A DNA stretch of 248,000 nt from NCBI GenBank assembly GCA_029953675.1, contig JAMWBK010000004.1:1012001-1260000 (forward strand), read 5' to 3'. Shown piece after piece: positions 196,760 through 212,153 of the stretch; the stretch's first letter is position 1, and every line of letters starts with the position of its first letter. A program made the position numbers and the translations under genes. Below the pieces are notes generated by a model. The model did no database searches. It worked only from the letters and a program-made list of their open reading frames with translations, and had not been told where the DNA came from. The stretch comes from Rhodosorus marinus CCMP1338. Its lineage: Eukaryota; Plantae; Rhodophyta.

Positions 196760-198640
196760 ACCAGTCTGTATCATTCAGTCAATATCAGCTGTCGGAAGTG
196801 GCGTTTTGTTTTTCGTTTGGGGTATACTTTCGTGAAGCTTCCTGGAAGGACCGTTGCGAGTTTGCCCTCGGCTACCTGAGGGCAGAGTATCCGAGAACGA
196901 ATTGAGCAACTGAACTCAACTCTTTGCATCCAAGCCTCTCTGCATTTCGGCAATACGCGAATGGGTTTGTTTCGCCAGCGTACTCATCGGATGGATAGAT
197001 GGGTGGATGGCACGCCTATCTCGCCATTCCCATCGATAGTCCCCGAACTGCAGCGAATATAGTCTTCTTGGCTCGGAGTAACTTCAATCTTGACGTGATC
197101 CTCATAGAATCGACGGTGTCCCGATTTGCACTAGGAGCAGGGTAAGTCAGCCTTGACGAGCTCCTCGTAGAATCGCGGAATCCCGAATTGCACTAGGAGC
197201 AGGGTAATTTCAGCCTTGCGTGCTCCTCATAGAATCGAGGAATCCCGAATTGTACTAGGAGCAAGGTTTTCTTGGTCAGTCATTTCCCCGTCCAACCCCC
197301 GGGGATCCAGACACCATGCGAATAGTGGATTTCAGCCACGATATCGTTGACCTTCCGCTTGAGGAGCGCTACTACGTCCGATCGCCGTTCGTGATTCGCA
197401 ATGAACCAGACTCAACGAAGTTGAATAGCCGGGCCCACGGGAGTGCTACATAGCCTGGATGAATCGTTCTCGTCTCCGCCAAAGCTTAGACCAGAGTCAG
197501 TGATTGGCCCATCCAGTACATGGTGTCCATAGTCCTCCATAACAGCTCATCCAAGAGAATTGTCTGAAGCTTCTCCATGGACTTCATCTTTCGGAATTTC
197601 TGCTACAGGACGGAGCATTTGATCCATTCCTCGATCTTGAGCAGCTGCCCGAATACAACCAATAGCGAGTACCACCTGGTGACTGTTGTGCAGCCACACT
197701 GCAATAGCTTGCTTCCCCGTGCTTGTGGCAATGTCCTTCCGGAGAGCGCTGCTTCTTCGGATCATCTTCGCCACGTGAAATGAACTGTCCGAAATCTCTC
197801 CGAACTTTCCTACTTTGACCATGACTGCTCGGACAAGAAGGTTGGTCTGATGAGCCAAACAAGTACCTACGCGAACACAAATCCAAATTCAATACCTCAA
197901 ATCTGTAATCCAAAGTGTTCGTAACGAACATACGTCTCGAAGAGAGGGCGAACTAGTCATCAAGTAATAAGCCAGCACCATAAGAACGAGGTTTACCATC
198001 GACAAGTACGTAGCTGGAAACAGTACTTTCTAAACATAATTTAATCGGCTACTAAACAAGCGTCAAAGAACGATCGAAAGAGTTATCCTATCCGTGCGCT
198101 GCGAAATTGCTTATTTGCGATTAACCCTCTCCCGTAGGACTCCACGACCAGTCGCCTCGCCTTGTCGGTCGTAAGGCCGACAATAGTCCCTCTACCTGCC
198201 TGATTGTCTCGAGAATATCCTTCGACAGCTTCTCTGCTGTTGCAGTAACAGGAGAGGAATGCAAGTCCGGCAGACAGAGTTGCCCATCTTCCCTCACACT
198301 GGCCACGCTAAGCGTGCTCACCAGCGACCGTTGTCCAACCATCCACCACGATTGTGCATTTCTTGGGACTGTTCAGGAAGCCTGCCAACTCCTTTTCGCC
198401 ATTTCCAACAAGCTGTCCAGTGTACTACCCGCGAGTGTATGCCTATCCGGTATCGCCGCGTCGAACTGAAAACCCGTTGCCTAGTCCCGAAAGTAAGGGA
198501 AGTTTGCAACACTACACCCAGAAACGGACGCAAGTGGGTCAGCCTCCAGAACGCAACAATTAGTTCCCGCGCTATCCCTCTCTGTATGGGAATTGCCGAG
198601 TGTGAGCCAAGGATTTGTAGGGATTGGAGCAAGTTTAGTT
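196760..198640 (-). pseudogene. Degraded hAT (DUF659-type) transposase
   Basis: CTIVVDGWTT (~198340), VTRWYS (~197670), ILLDELLW; multiple stops and frameshifts; internal ~63-bp x3 repeat at 197.1-197.27 kb. Confidence 0.65.
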
Positions 198641-201600
198641 AAACGAAACAATCCCCATAGTCAGGGTCAGCAGGAGCTCTCATTCTGCTTCATTCTTTCG
198701 GGAGGGGACATCCTCCTGCAGTTAAAATTCTCTACGCCGGATTCCGAACGCATCCGTGCACGCGGAGACGCGACTCCCAGAGCCCAGTCCACCATCAGGA
198801 GGATCACGAGGGACCTCTTTTTCCTCAGCAATCACAGGATCAAGCGCGGCAGGCACAGGACCAGCAGCTGTTTTTTCGCGGGGCCGCGAGCCCGGGAAAA
198901 ATCGGCTTGCCAGCCGCCAGCCGCCAGCCGCCAGCCGCCAGCCGTGGGTGCGGTCGGCAGGGAGACTGGTACAAGATGACATCGCCGATTGGAGCTCGAG
199001 AAACAAACCGCGGGCACTTTCAGAGACGCTAGAGTAGTAAAACCACACCAGAGTGTAGATCATCGCTGGAAAGACTGAACAATATCGGAAACTAGACACC
199101 CAACGCGCTCAACGTCGGGAGGGAGGTGCCCCAAGACCCAACCACGGCCGCTGGTTGGGTAAAAGCTCGGTTAAAGAGGCCTAGACCGCCTAGTCGTAGG
199201 GGTAGGCCCACTTGGGCACGAACGATATCACGGGTGGGGCACTGAAAATGACCCAACTCCTCATCTAAGAAATATACCAGCTCTCCAAAGCTCTCGTCGT
199301 CGGCACGGGTTGCTAGCCACCGGCCCAAGGGAGTCGGGAGCGAGCGGAACCAATAGGTGAGCCGCTGACCGCAACAATATCAGTACAGCAACAACGAAAA
199401 TAGCAAGAAGCCGCGAGGCAGCCGACCGAGCTCCGAGACCAGTTGCCGGTGTTTTCTCAGAATTTGCGGCAACACACCCTCCACAAACGACGCGGACCCA
199501 CAGAGGGTGCCCAGGTGGACAAACCCTGCCCGGCGCAAATATCCCGGAAACGCGCGGGGTCCTGCTGCTCTTGAATATCCACTCCTCCCCAGTAGAACGA
199601 CTTCGCATGATTGACTTCGAGATCGACGAGGGATGCCAGTGTGTGGAGACGATCGTCAGCCACCGCGAGGGTATCTGGAGGCTCAATGAGGCAGACATCA
199701 TCGTGGCAACCCACTGTGCGGACCTCCGGGAACTCTGAACGCAGGCTAAGCAAAACGACCTGAAGCCCACACGCGGGCAAAAAAGACGCCAACGGGTCAC
199801 CCTGTTGAACCCCGGTCCGCGACTCGAGGGAGTGCGAGGAAGGGCCGAGGGGTGCCATAAGTTGTCCCTTGACCCATCAAAAGAGAAAAGGCTACTGGAC
199901 TGGACTTTACTAGACTTGGACTTTACTGGACTTTACTAGCATAGCCTGAAGCGCTACGGGGGAAAAGTCGCTTGCGCGACGAAAAAAATTCTTGATGCGC
200001 GAGTGTTGGTAGCTAAGCCCGGTCTCCTTTAGTAAAAAGCGAAAAGAGAGTTCGTACAAGACAGAGCTACCTCGCGGACTTTACTAGCATAGCTGAAAGG
200101 CTACTAACAAAGGGAAAAGCTGCCGGGAAGACCTGGCGCACCACATGCTTAATGGCCGGTCGAGAGACACGATTAAAACCAATACTAAAGTCGACAGATA
200201 ATAACCCGTAATCCGGTGAGTAGGCCAGATCCCGAAGAGGCATGGATAGCAATTCACCGCCGCCACGATAGCCCACGCCCAACTGCGCGTGTCCAAAAAA
200301 GCGACGGGATTCGGGGACCAAAATCTGGACCAACTATTGACATTGGATCAGGTCCTATTCCGGCGAAGCGACCTGAAAATCAGCTAAGATGATTTTGTTC
200401 GAGGAAGGAATGAAACAACAAAGCGGAATTGAGAGTTACCATTACACTCGGGCGCGTAAAACTATGTTCGTACATCGATTATCACGTAGTTGAAATTAAC
200501 CCCCGGAGCTAGTAAAGATGTATTGAGGGTCTTGGATAATTCACGTGGAGACTGACTACCTTCTTGTCAACGGATACTTGCGTATTCTCTTCGCCTTCCA
200601 ATCCTCGGCCTGACGAGCTACGCTTATCTTGGTTCGTGCCAGATGGTTTTTTTTGTTGACGCTTCACAACGCGTGGCTGAACCAGCAGGTTGGTATTGCC
200701 CATTGAAACAGCGGAGATCATCTTCGTAGCTTCCTGTACCCCAAACCTGTACCCATCTTCGAAGGCTAGTCTACAGTCGCGCTCTACAAACTCTGCGAGC
200801 TTTCGAAGGATCCTGTTCCAGCCATTCATTGTGGAAAGCTTTGGTCACGTCGATAAGTCGGGTTTAGAGTGGTTGCGGAAATGTTTTGCTGAGCATCCTA
200901 CTGAATATTTGGCGCTCTTGAGGCGTTTAAGTGTCTCCCTTTGGCGATATTCCAGCGACATGCTTTCCGAGGCGCGCCATCGGCGCCTGGGGTTGCATAC
201001 TTCCCTCCCTAGTTATTAGTTCATCTTCACGCCTTGCGTAGCGCTTCAGGCTATGCTAGTAAAGTCCAGTAAAGTCCAGTTTAAGTTAGTTAAAAAGACT
201101 CCAGATCGGTGTAAGATGCTACATGCCAGTGGAAACAGTGTCCGGACATGGATTGCGTTTTAGCGAACCGTACCACGGCATAGTCGTCGTTTCAAATCCA
201201 CTTGCACTAGTGCTTATGCGTCCGCTTTGCGCTCTAGACGTTCCGTGCTACTGGGAGGAAAGCTTTGTTGCGACTTGATCAAGTCAGCCAAACCCTTCAA
201301 CGGAGAAAGGCACAATTGGAAGTCATTCTGTTCTCCGATGGCGATCACGATATCTAGCTGGCTTCTCTGCTTCAACTGTGTACTAATTTTCTTCCAGGTG
201401 ACCCAATTATTTCCCATCCTTTCTTTAGAGTTTCAAAATACTCCCGTATATCCCCACCAGCTCAAAGGACTACTTTCTGCTTCGTTTTCTTCTTTCTTCT
201501 TGCAGTCTCACAAACTTCCCTATTGATACGCTAACCATTCATTCATTCATTGATACGCGCCACCCTGCTCCTGAACCCTCGAAAACGGGTTCACCGTCCT

Positions 201601-202776
201601 GTTCCCCAATAAAAATGTGGCAAGGCCATTAAAATTTACACCCGAACCCATCCAAATGCTAAACGGACGAAGTGGAATCGTCTATTCCTGTATCCCCGAC
201701 TAATTCGGCTCTGGCTCATCGCCTGGTACCACTGGTCATTGAGTGCTTTGGGTTTATGGACTCCCTTGGTTCTCGTTGGCTTTCGGGAGTTGTTCCGCGA
201801 ACGCCGTGACCGTCGCTAATCGCTGTTTACCCGTCTAAGTTTCTTGCTGCGATTACATGCCCTGTGGCAAGCGCCCATCTGACGGCTGCCGCCCGCCGCC
201901 GGGGAGCAGCTGCTTCGGCCCTTCGCCGCGTGAAGGAACGACGGTATACTGAGAGTATGGCCAGCCCGCCTTGAGCTGAGGGTCGCTCCCACCGGTTCCA
202001 GCCTTTCATTGTGGGAAGCTTTGGTCAGGTGGAGAAGTCGGGTTTGGAGTGGTTGCGGAAATGTTTCACTGAGCATCCTGTTGAATACTTAGAACTTTTG
202101 CGGCGCTTAAGTGTCTCTCTGTGGCGATATTCGAGCAGCATGCTTGCCGAGCCGCGCCATCGGCGCCTGGGTTTGCACGCTTCCCTACCTAGTTCTTAGC
202201 TCCTTTTCACGGTTTGCGTAGCGCTGTAGGCTATGCTAATAAAGCCAGTTTCTTGCTGTGGTGTATGAACGCTGCATTGATGTCGCGATCTTCGCCGAGC
202301 TTAGTCCTTTTTTCCCCTCGGGGTTTTTTCCGTTAGTCTCCGCTTGAACAAATTCGTTCGATTCCCCAACCAAGTCGGTGGGGATAACGACCCTCTTTTT
202401 GCACATTTCCCCACCTAGGGGTAAGCAGTATCGAAAAACTCTTCCCATTTGATCCAGCCCTACTGACCGTCCTTTTCATTCACTGACCGTCTGTCCAAAC
202501 GTTTTTTTCCCGCTTAAGTTTCTCGCTGCGGCGTATGAACGCTGCTTTGATGTTGGAGGGGCGCGATCTTCGCCGCGCTTAGTCCCTTTTCTTTCCCTCC
202601 GGGCTTTTTCTTCAGTCTCCGATTAAACCAATTCATTCACTCACAGTGTGAGTGGACTATCCAAAAGTTTTGGTGCAACCTATTGTTCCGTCTGCGTAGC
202701 TGTTCAGGCTATGCTAGTAAATCCATCCATTTATTCGACTTGCAAACCACCACCATTTATTCGGAAACGTACACAA

Positions 202777-204186
202777 CTAGGTTTGTATAATCCCAACAAT
202801 TCCACCATACAGTCCCAATATAAGGGCTGTAAGTCCTAACATGAATATTACCCCGCTAAGTACAGTGAAAAGGTGCTTCTTTCCCTTTCTCTCTTTGCCA
202901 AACGCATAAATATCAATACCCGCAGGCCAAAGCATCATGGTCTGAGAGGCAATCAGAGAAGAAATAAGAGCCAGATAGATTTCGAAAGATGGAATAGCAA
203001 TATTCAAAAGGGTTTCTAACACAACAACAATGAGGGCCCATAAGAACCACCACAGGAACGCTGCAGGTTTCAAGCTCGTCAGTTTTGCAACCTTATATGG
203101 AGCATTGTCGTTCCCCAGAAAAAGCCGTTTAACAAACGGTTCAGCAGCCCTCTGGATCCCATATATCAGTATTTGACCCTTAATTACAATCGCAATCGAT
203201 ACATGTATGACAACGCAAACATTGGCTACGATCGCAGCAGCCCCTGGCTGAAGCGAGTTCGTGTATGGAGACACCAGCCACGTCGCATCTCCCGCAAGCC
203301 CGTACACTGCAGAACCAGTAGTCGCGTAGAACAGATACGCAAAGGTCTGAGAAATGACTAACGAGTATGGAAAATTCTTAACCAACTTCATCGCACTCAT
203401 TATCTCGAGGAATACGACCGCACCGGCAAAAGCGTATAGAATGTCCATTGCGGCGATTACGCAATCCGACGTTCCGTAGTACGAAAACAAGACTCGCTGC
203501 CCGACCGGATACGCCACTGGATCCTTCACCATGCTCGCAATCACGAAGAACGAAATTCCAATTGGAAGAATGATAGTCACAATGGCAATGATGGAAGTGA
203601 ACGCCATTGCCTTGAAGCTCCTGAGCTGCAGAACAACGAGAGAGACAAATCCAGCGATGATCATCCACTGCGTGAGTGATACAGCGGATCCGCTGAAAAG
203701 TGCACTCCATGCTTGAGCCTGCGTGTAGCTGAACGCGGCGGTGTACAAGAATAGGAGCGGGTACGTGTTGAATCGGGCAAATACCAACCCCTTCTTTCCA
203801 AAGGCACTGAAAAACAATTGCGGGTACGAATGCCCTGATTTGTACTTCTGGTGTCGCAAGCGCCAAAGAAGGAGACCGGCACACAGCGAGAGCCCCCAGC
203901 ACAGCAAAAGCGTAAGATGTCCTGGTATCCATCCAAGCGTCGCGAACGTGTTTGGAATGGTCAGCACTCCCGTACCAACCACATCTACGACAAGCAGAAA
204001 CATTGCAAGGGCAACGCTTAGATTTTCGCAGGTCTCATCTACGGTGCCTCCACTCTCGATGTCTTTGGTGTGCTCCACCGCTTCTTTCAACTCATCGAGC
204101 GACTCATCGGGAACGCCGGCCTCGTCCACAAGGAAGGTGCTCTGCACAGCACACTCATCCGCGAGCTTAGATTCAACTGATGACAT
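202777..204186 (-). CDS. AAAP permease paralog 4 (most diverged)
   Basis: Colinear with paralogs 1-3. Confidence 0.92.
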   Translation of the reverse strand: MSSVESKLADECAVQSTFLVDEAGVPDESLDELKEAVEHTKDIESGGTVDETCENLSVALAMFLLVVDVVGTGVLTIPNTFATLGWIPGHLTLLLCWGLSLCAGLLLWRLRHQKYKSGHSYPQLFFSAFGKKGLVFARFNTYPLLFLYTAAFSYTQAQAWSALFSGSAVSLTQWMIIAGFVSLVVLQLRSFKAMAFTSIIAIVTIILPIGISFFVIASMVKDPVAYPVGQRVLFSYYGTSDCVIAAMDILYAFAGAVVFLEIMSAMKLVKNFPYSLVISQTFAYLFYATTGSAVYGLAGDATWLVSPYTNSLQPGAAAIVANVCVVIHVSIAIVIKGQILIYGIQRAAEPFVKRLFLGNDNAPYKVAKLTSLKPAAFLWWFLWALIVVVLETLLNIAIPSFEIYLALISSLIASQTMMLWPAGIDIYAFGKERKGKKHLFTVLSGVIFMLGLTALILGLYGGIVGIIQT

Positions 204187-207109
204187 TGCACTATTTTCAT
204201 TCACAATCCTCCTCAGCTACTGACGCCATCTTAGATAGCAGGCCAGGCTTCAACGCTAATCGGGAGTGCCTATAAATCCCCTCTGCGAGAACTTCGCTTA
204301 GCATGTTTCTTGCCTAATTTGCTGCGGCGCCTCTTCGAATAACCCGTTCTCGTTTGTTGATCCCAGTTACCGCAAGTCAGGCCTGAAAATTCTCGAAATA
204401 GAACCAAAATACTCACCGCGCACTTGGAAAAGACCCGAGAAGAAAGATCAGCCCCATCGCTTGTACTCGCCTCCTCGCGCTAAAGACGTTGATGCCCAGC
204501 GAAGCTATAGTTGAATGAATGGTTATAGTTAGGGTTGTCATAAAACCGTCCGATTAAAGGCTCCCGGATGCGTCCTATTAAAACAAAGAAAACATAACCT
204601 GGAATGAATTAGGGCAGTCATAAAACGTCCGATAAATTTTATCAGACAACTACGGGAAGTTCATCTATATGTAATAAACAAAAACATTTCGTGCGTAATT
204701 CATAAAACTATTTCAAAAAATGTCTGGTATTGTCTTTTATATAACAGTTCTCCCGTGATTTGCCCTAGAGGGCACCTGAATTCTGTTAGTTCGAGTTCCA
204801 TGTTAAATCTACTAACAGCCGTACTAGGTGTCTTATTGGACGTCACGAGCCTAGCAAGACGCAACCAATCGATAGAGTCTGAAGGAGGCTTAGCAGGCAG
204901 TTGCTGCGGAGCTCTGACAGGGGTCCAACAAGTGTTTTTTTTTTCTTCAATTTCTTCACCAAGCAGTAAAGCTAGTGCAGGAACCTCTGCAATCTTGAAC
205001 TTCAAAACTCGAATACTCATCTAAAACACACCCCCATCTTGGGTTGAACCGCTTAAACTACAGAGTAAATAATGGTGGAAGTTCCGGTTCCATTTAGGAA
205101 TTCCAACAGATCATATCCACCGACATGTGCAACTCGATGTTGGGGTCACCACGTGAGCAGGATTTAGCAGGACTGTACACGTCTCGTGCTGTGCGAAAGC
205201 CCTAAAATCTGATTGAGAGTTCGCTATGGGATATCACTGATATCCCATGAACGTAGCTGATAATATCAGCTACATTGAGCGCACAGTCCGTGGTTGACAC
205301 TAAGTTTGAAGATCTACTGATTCTGTTTACAGAAAAAGCCTGGATTTGCAAAGAGTCCAATCGAAATACTTCGGCAAGCCATACATCCAATCATAATCTA
205401 AGATTTACGTTTCTCACGAACATCTAGGTATATATATATACTAAACATTACCCAATCTATATCTCTGACGTGTTTTATTGGATCACAAACTGTCAGCTTC
205501 TTCAAAAAACAAATTAGCAAGCTCTGAGGTCAAGCAAAATAGAAAATTACCCTGAAATGGTATTTTCGAGCAGTATGCTCAATAGGAGCGTCCATTTCGT
205601 TTTTCACAAGTTTTGGTCACGGAGCTTAAAATATAACTTGGCAAACAAGAGCATGCAAATTGGACATTTTGCCTTGCTGGATTTAGCTGCGGTCGCGGAT
205701 GGGCTGCGGCAGCTCAAGTTGATAAATCAATAAGCCGAAAATTGGGAATAAATTTGACGACAACTGAAATATACTGTGACAATCAATCATCTCTGAAGTG
205801 GTTCGTTGGTAGTGGAACGTCCTTCCCCGAACACGCGGAGAGAGCATGCAGATATGTCCGAGGCACGAGGAACTGGGAAATGGTACATCTACGTCCATGT
205901 CGTTGGACTAACAATGTTTTTGAGGTTTTCAAAAAAGCGATATCGAGACCAGCACTGCAACGACATTGAAAAGGCTTGGGAGTTGCACAACGAGGCCTAT
206001 AGATGATGGGATGCGGTGTGTGTCAGCACAGGGTACGGTCTTGTCTGATGCAAGTATCGGATACTGTCTGACACGTAGTCAATATAGGAGATAGTACACG
206101 ATAAGACTGTCATATCAGTTGATACCCCAGCGCAAGATGCGACGCGTGTGGATACCATGACTGATAGCAGTACGTATGCACACTATGAATGAGTCAACGT
206201 GTTCATTCGGAGACTGGAAACAAAAAATGAGAGGGGAAAAAGACTATTGAAGGCGAATGTCACGCGCCACCAATATCAAAGCAGTTTCCATACACCACAA
206301 AGGCAACTCAAAGGTGCAAACAGCGAGGAGATGCCGGTCGGGCTCGCACACTGAGCGCTTCATGAATATGAGAGTGGAATAAGAAGTCTATAAATACCAA
206401 GCCAGGTGGTCTATTTTGGGGGGAGCCTCCAAGAAAACTAAGTCCTAATGTATGTACGTGGCTTTATTGTTTGCTCACGCACTGTCAGCGTCTTCTAAAA
206501 TCCAAAGAGGAAATCCTAACTGTACGCATCACCGAATTGGTTTTTCTTTTTACTCTGGACTTTACTAGCATAGCCTGAAGCGCTACTCTGCAACGGGATT
206601 CGCTTCAAGATCGCATTAAAGACGCCTTCTCATACGAATAAAAAAAAAAAGAAGCAAAATCTTGATGTTTCGAACGACGATATACATGGACGAACATTCA
206701 TGGACAAAGAGCACTGTAACGAGTAGATAAGGAGCGCCTTTCTTGAAGATGTAGGAAGTTAGTAAAACCAACACCGGGGGGGGGCAGACTAGCCGCTAAT
206801 TTCTCGGCAAAGGTATCCTAACTATAACAGCCAGTAGTTGATCCTTTATGTCCATGAGTGATCCAAACCCTTCACGAAGATATGGATAGTGCGAGAAGTA
206901 AGCTCAGGACAAGAACACTGCGGGGCAAAAGAGCGGCGACTGCGTGTTATTGTTCGGGATCTTGAGCATTCCATAAAGAATTCTCAATTTTACCGCTGTC
207001 ACGGGCTATCACAACCTGGATTAAGGATACCACCACGTCTGGTTTGTCGGAGGCGGGAATACCTATGCCCAAGTCCGAACTTGGCCCAGCGGTAAAGTAG
207101 CGCGGCCTT

Positions 207110-209365
207110 AGCTGGTTTTTGCTAGCATAGCCTGAAGCGCAAGGCGTGGACTGTAACTAAGAAGTCGGGAGAGAAACATGCAAACCCAAGCGCGGATGGC
207201 GCGCCTCGGCAAGCGTGCTTCTAGAATATCGCGACAGGGCGACACTGAAATTCCATAAGATGCTCAGCAAAACATTTCCGCAACCACTCCAAATCCGACT
207301 TATCCACGTGGCCAAAGGTTTCCACAGCGAAAGGCTGAAACCTGTGAGAACGACCATCAGCGCAAGGCAGACTGGCCATACTCTCAGCATACCGTCGTTC
207401 TTTCACTCGGCGAAGGGCCGAAGCGGCTGCTCCTCGGCGAAGGGCCGAAGCGGCTGCTCCTCGGCGACGGGCGGCCGAGCTGAGATGAGGGCTGCACAGG
207501 CATGTGGTCGCGAGGTCCACATATGCTGAGCGTCTGGCGGCAGTATCGGAGACGAGGAGATCTGCGATGCAGCGAGGCGGTGCCGTGTCCGAGACCGATC
207601 TGGGCAGTTCCGATCCCACCTCAACCGTATGCCCTACCCGAGTCAAAGATTCCCTGAGAATGTACTTGAGGCGAGTGTGAGGCGTCGTACGAGGACCTCT
207701 CAACAGTCCGCATGAACCTAAGAAGTGGTAGCCACACGCGTCAATCCGACTCTCACATCCGTGACCGAAAAACGGCCGATTAGAGTGCCACGGAGCTTGT
207801 GGCAAACCCAGGTAGATCTTTGCGGTGGTGCGGAGCTGGAAGGCGTCGAGACGGTGTCCCAGTGACGAAGGCAAAGTGGTTAACTACATCTGCGATAGAT
207901 GGCCTCCCAGGCCGCGGAGGCGAGCGGCAGTGGTAGGCGGTGTGAAGGGAGAGTTGAGCAAGATTGCGTGAGCTGCACTGTGTTGGCCTCTTCTATGGCC
208001 TTAGCTCGCACGCTTTTAGTTCCCGTTCCTAGTTTACGAGCTCGTACCGAAGCCTTTTCATCACAGGCATAAAACAACAGATGTGCATGGTCGATGCCAG
208101 GAATCCGATCGGGAATTCCATAAAGCAACTCGATCGCCGTTTCCCGGTACTGGCAGTTAGTTCTTAATACGCATGCTGCATTCGCCTGAGGTATAGACTG
208201 GTCCCATCTCCGAACCATTCCCTGCTATAAGTCACAGCAGTATCTCGTGAAATCTGCAATTCCCCCTAAGATTAGGCATGGGTTCCAATACTGAAGTTTA
208301 TTCTGGACCGTATCTTTCGTACCGTATTCCCTATTTCCGTTGGTTCTCGTTGGCTTCGGCAACGACGAGAGATGGCCCTGACCATCTGTCGTCATTGTTT
208401 ACCCGTTTAAGTGATTTGCTGTGGCGTATGAACGCTGCTTTGATGTTGGAGACGCGCGATCTTCGCCGCGCTTAGTCTAGTTTTTACCCCTCGGGGTTTT
208501 GGTGCATATGGCCGACTCCTCGCGCAGATGGTCTCATCTTCCCGCGCTCGCGCCCGCCTACGTAGTCTTGGAGGGGTTATTAGCTCTCAGTGGCTCATGA
208601 CCGTACCAGCCTTTCCGCCACTCACACTGTCGGATTTCGAAGTGCGTACTTCCCTGCGCTTATACCTCGGCTTACATCAGCCCCCTTGGCCGTACGAGAT
208701 GGGTTCGTCGTGCCCTCTCTGCTCTCAGACTGAAGACAACGCAGATTTTGGCGCCCACCTGCTCGCTAGTTGCCCGGCGGTGAAACGTGCTCGAACCCGC
208801 CGCCATACACGGATCTTGAACCTGTTATACCGGGAACTTCGGCCTATAGTCCGGCAAGCCGGTCTGGAAATCGAACGTGAGAAACCTTTACCCGTCGCGG
208901 ACTTTCAAAATGATGAACGCCGTGTAGCCGACCTGGTGATCACCTGTGACGACAGCCGCCGTACCACATACGTTGATCTTGCTGTTCCTAACCCTCAAGC
209001 TAGTCGTTATCTCCCGGCTGCGGGGGAGCGCCGTGGATCTGCCGCCGCCAGCATGAGACGCCGCAAAGAGATCAAATACGCGGGGGCTTTGTCTTCCCCT
209101 GGTGTCCGTGCTTCGGCACTAGCACATCGCTTGGTACCCCTGATCATTGAGTGCTTTGGGTTCATGGACTCTGTTGGTTCTCGCTGGCTTCGGGAGTTGT
209201 TCCGCGAACGCCCTGACCGTCTTCAATCGTTGTTTACCCGCTTAAGTTTCCTGCTGTGGCGCATGAATGCCGCTTTGATGTTGGAGGCGCGAGTACTTCG
209301 CCGCGCTTAGTCTTTTTTTCCCCTCGGGGTTTTTTTTTTAGCCTCCGATTAAACCATTCGTTCGA
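207110..209365. mobile_element. Family B-type fragment (minus) and family A 3' fragment (plus, 208500-209365)
   Basis: RLE ORFs 207221-207874 and 208528-209310. Confidence 0.85.
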
Positions 209366-209385
209366 GGTATGGAAAACAAAACAAA

Positions 209386-209465
209386 CCAAGAGTGGGATTC
209401 GAACCCACATCCTTAGAGGTTGGATGCCTCAGCCCTCGCCGCCTTTGCCCAGTACTCCAGATACC
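209386..209465 (-). tRNA. Degenerate tRNA-Leu-like sequence (probable pseudogene)
   Basis: Clear T-arm gtggg-ttcgaat-cccac with a long variable arm and downstream T-runs; D-arm and acceptor 5' strand not convincing. Confidence 0.35.
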
Positions 209466-210094
209466 GAGGATCAAAAGCGACGAGATTTCCCTCAAAACTG
209501 ATTTTTCCCTTAGATATATGAGGATCAGGGACAGATTTGTGTAAATATTCTAAAATAGTGTACGAAACTTCAATCCAATCAACAATTTTGGAAGAACTAT
209601 GATACAAACACTAAATTATAGATTTCTACGACAAAGCAATGAAATCCAAAACTGCATTGTGCTGATGGATTTAGCGCAGCGAAATTTATGAGGGGTTCTA
209701 AATACTAGTTCCATTCTCGAAATATCCTTTACAAAACTTATTTATTTGACGAAATGACAATTAACGGAAGAGGAGCAAAGGGTAATGGTCTGCATCGGTT
209801 CAGTGGTCTTGATGTGGATCTAACCAGAATCCTGCGGATTGAGATTAGGAGCGATGCCAATCTTTAACGACTGAAGGCAAGCGGGCTATAGGTGGAGTAT
209901 TAGGGGGCCCGGGAAGGGCGAAGGTGTGTCACGTACGGAGGCAGTGAAAGAGCTGAGGGCGTCCGGGGGTTGTGTGAAGTGAGAAGAGGGCAGGACCGGA
210001 GAAGGTGTGTCATTTATTCCGAGGCTGTAAACGCGGCTTTTGATCTTAGGAAACAGTTTAGTGTGATTTCAGGTACCTCGGTGATTGTACAAGG

Positions 210095-212153
<2,059 letters not shown>

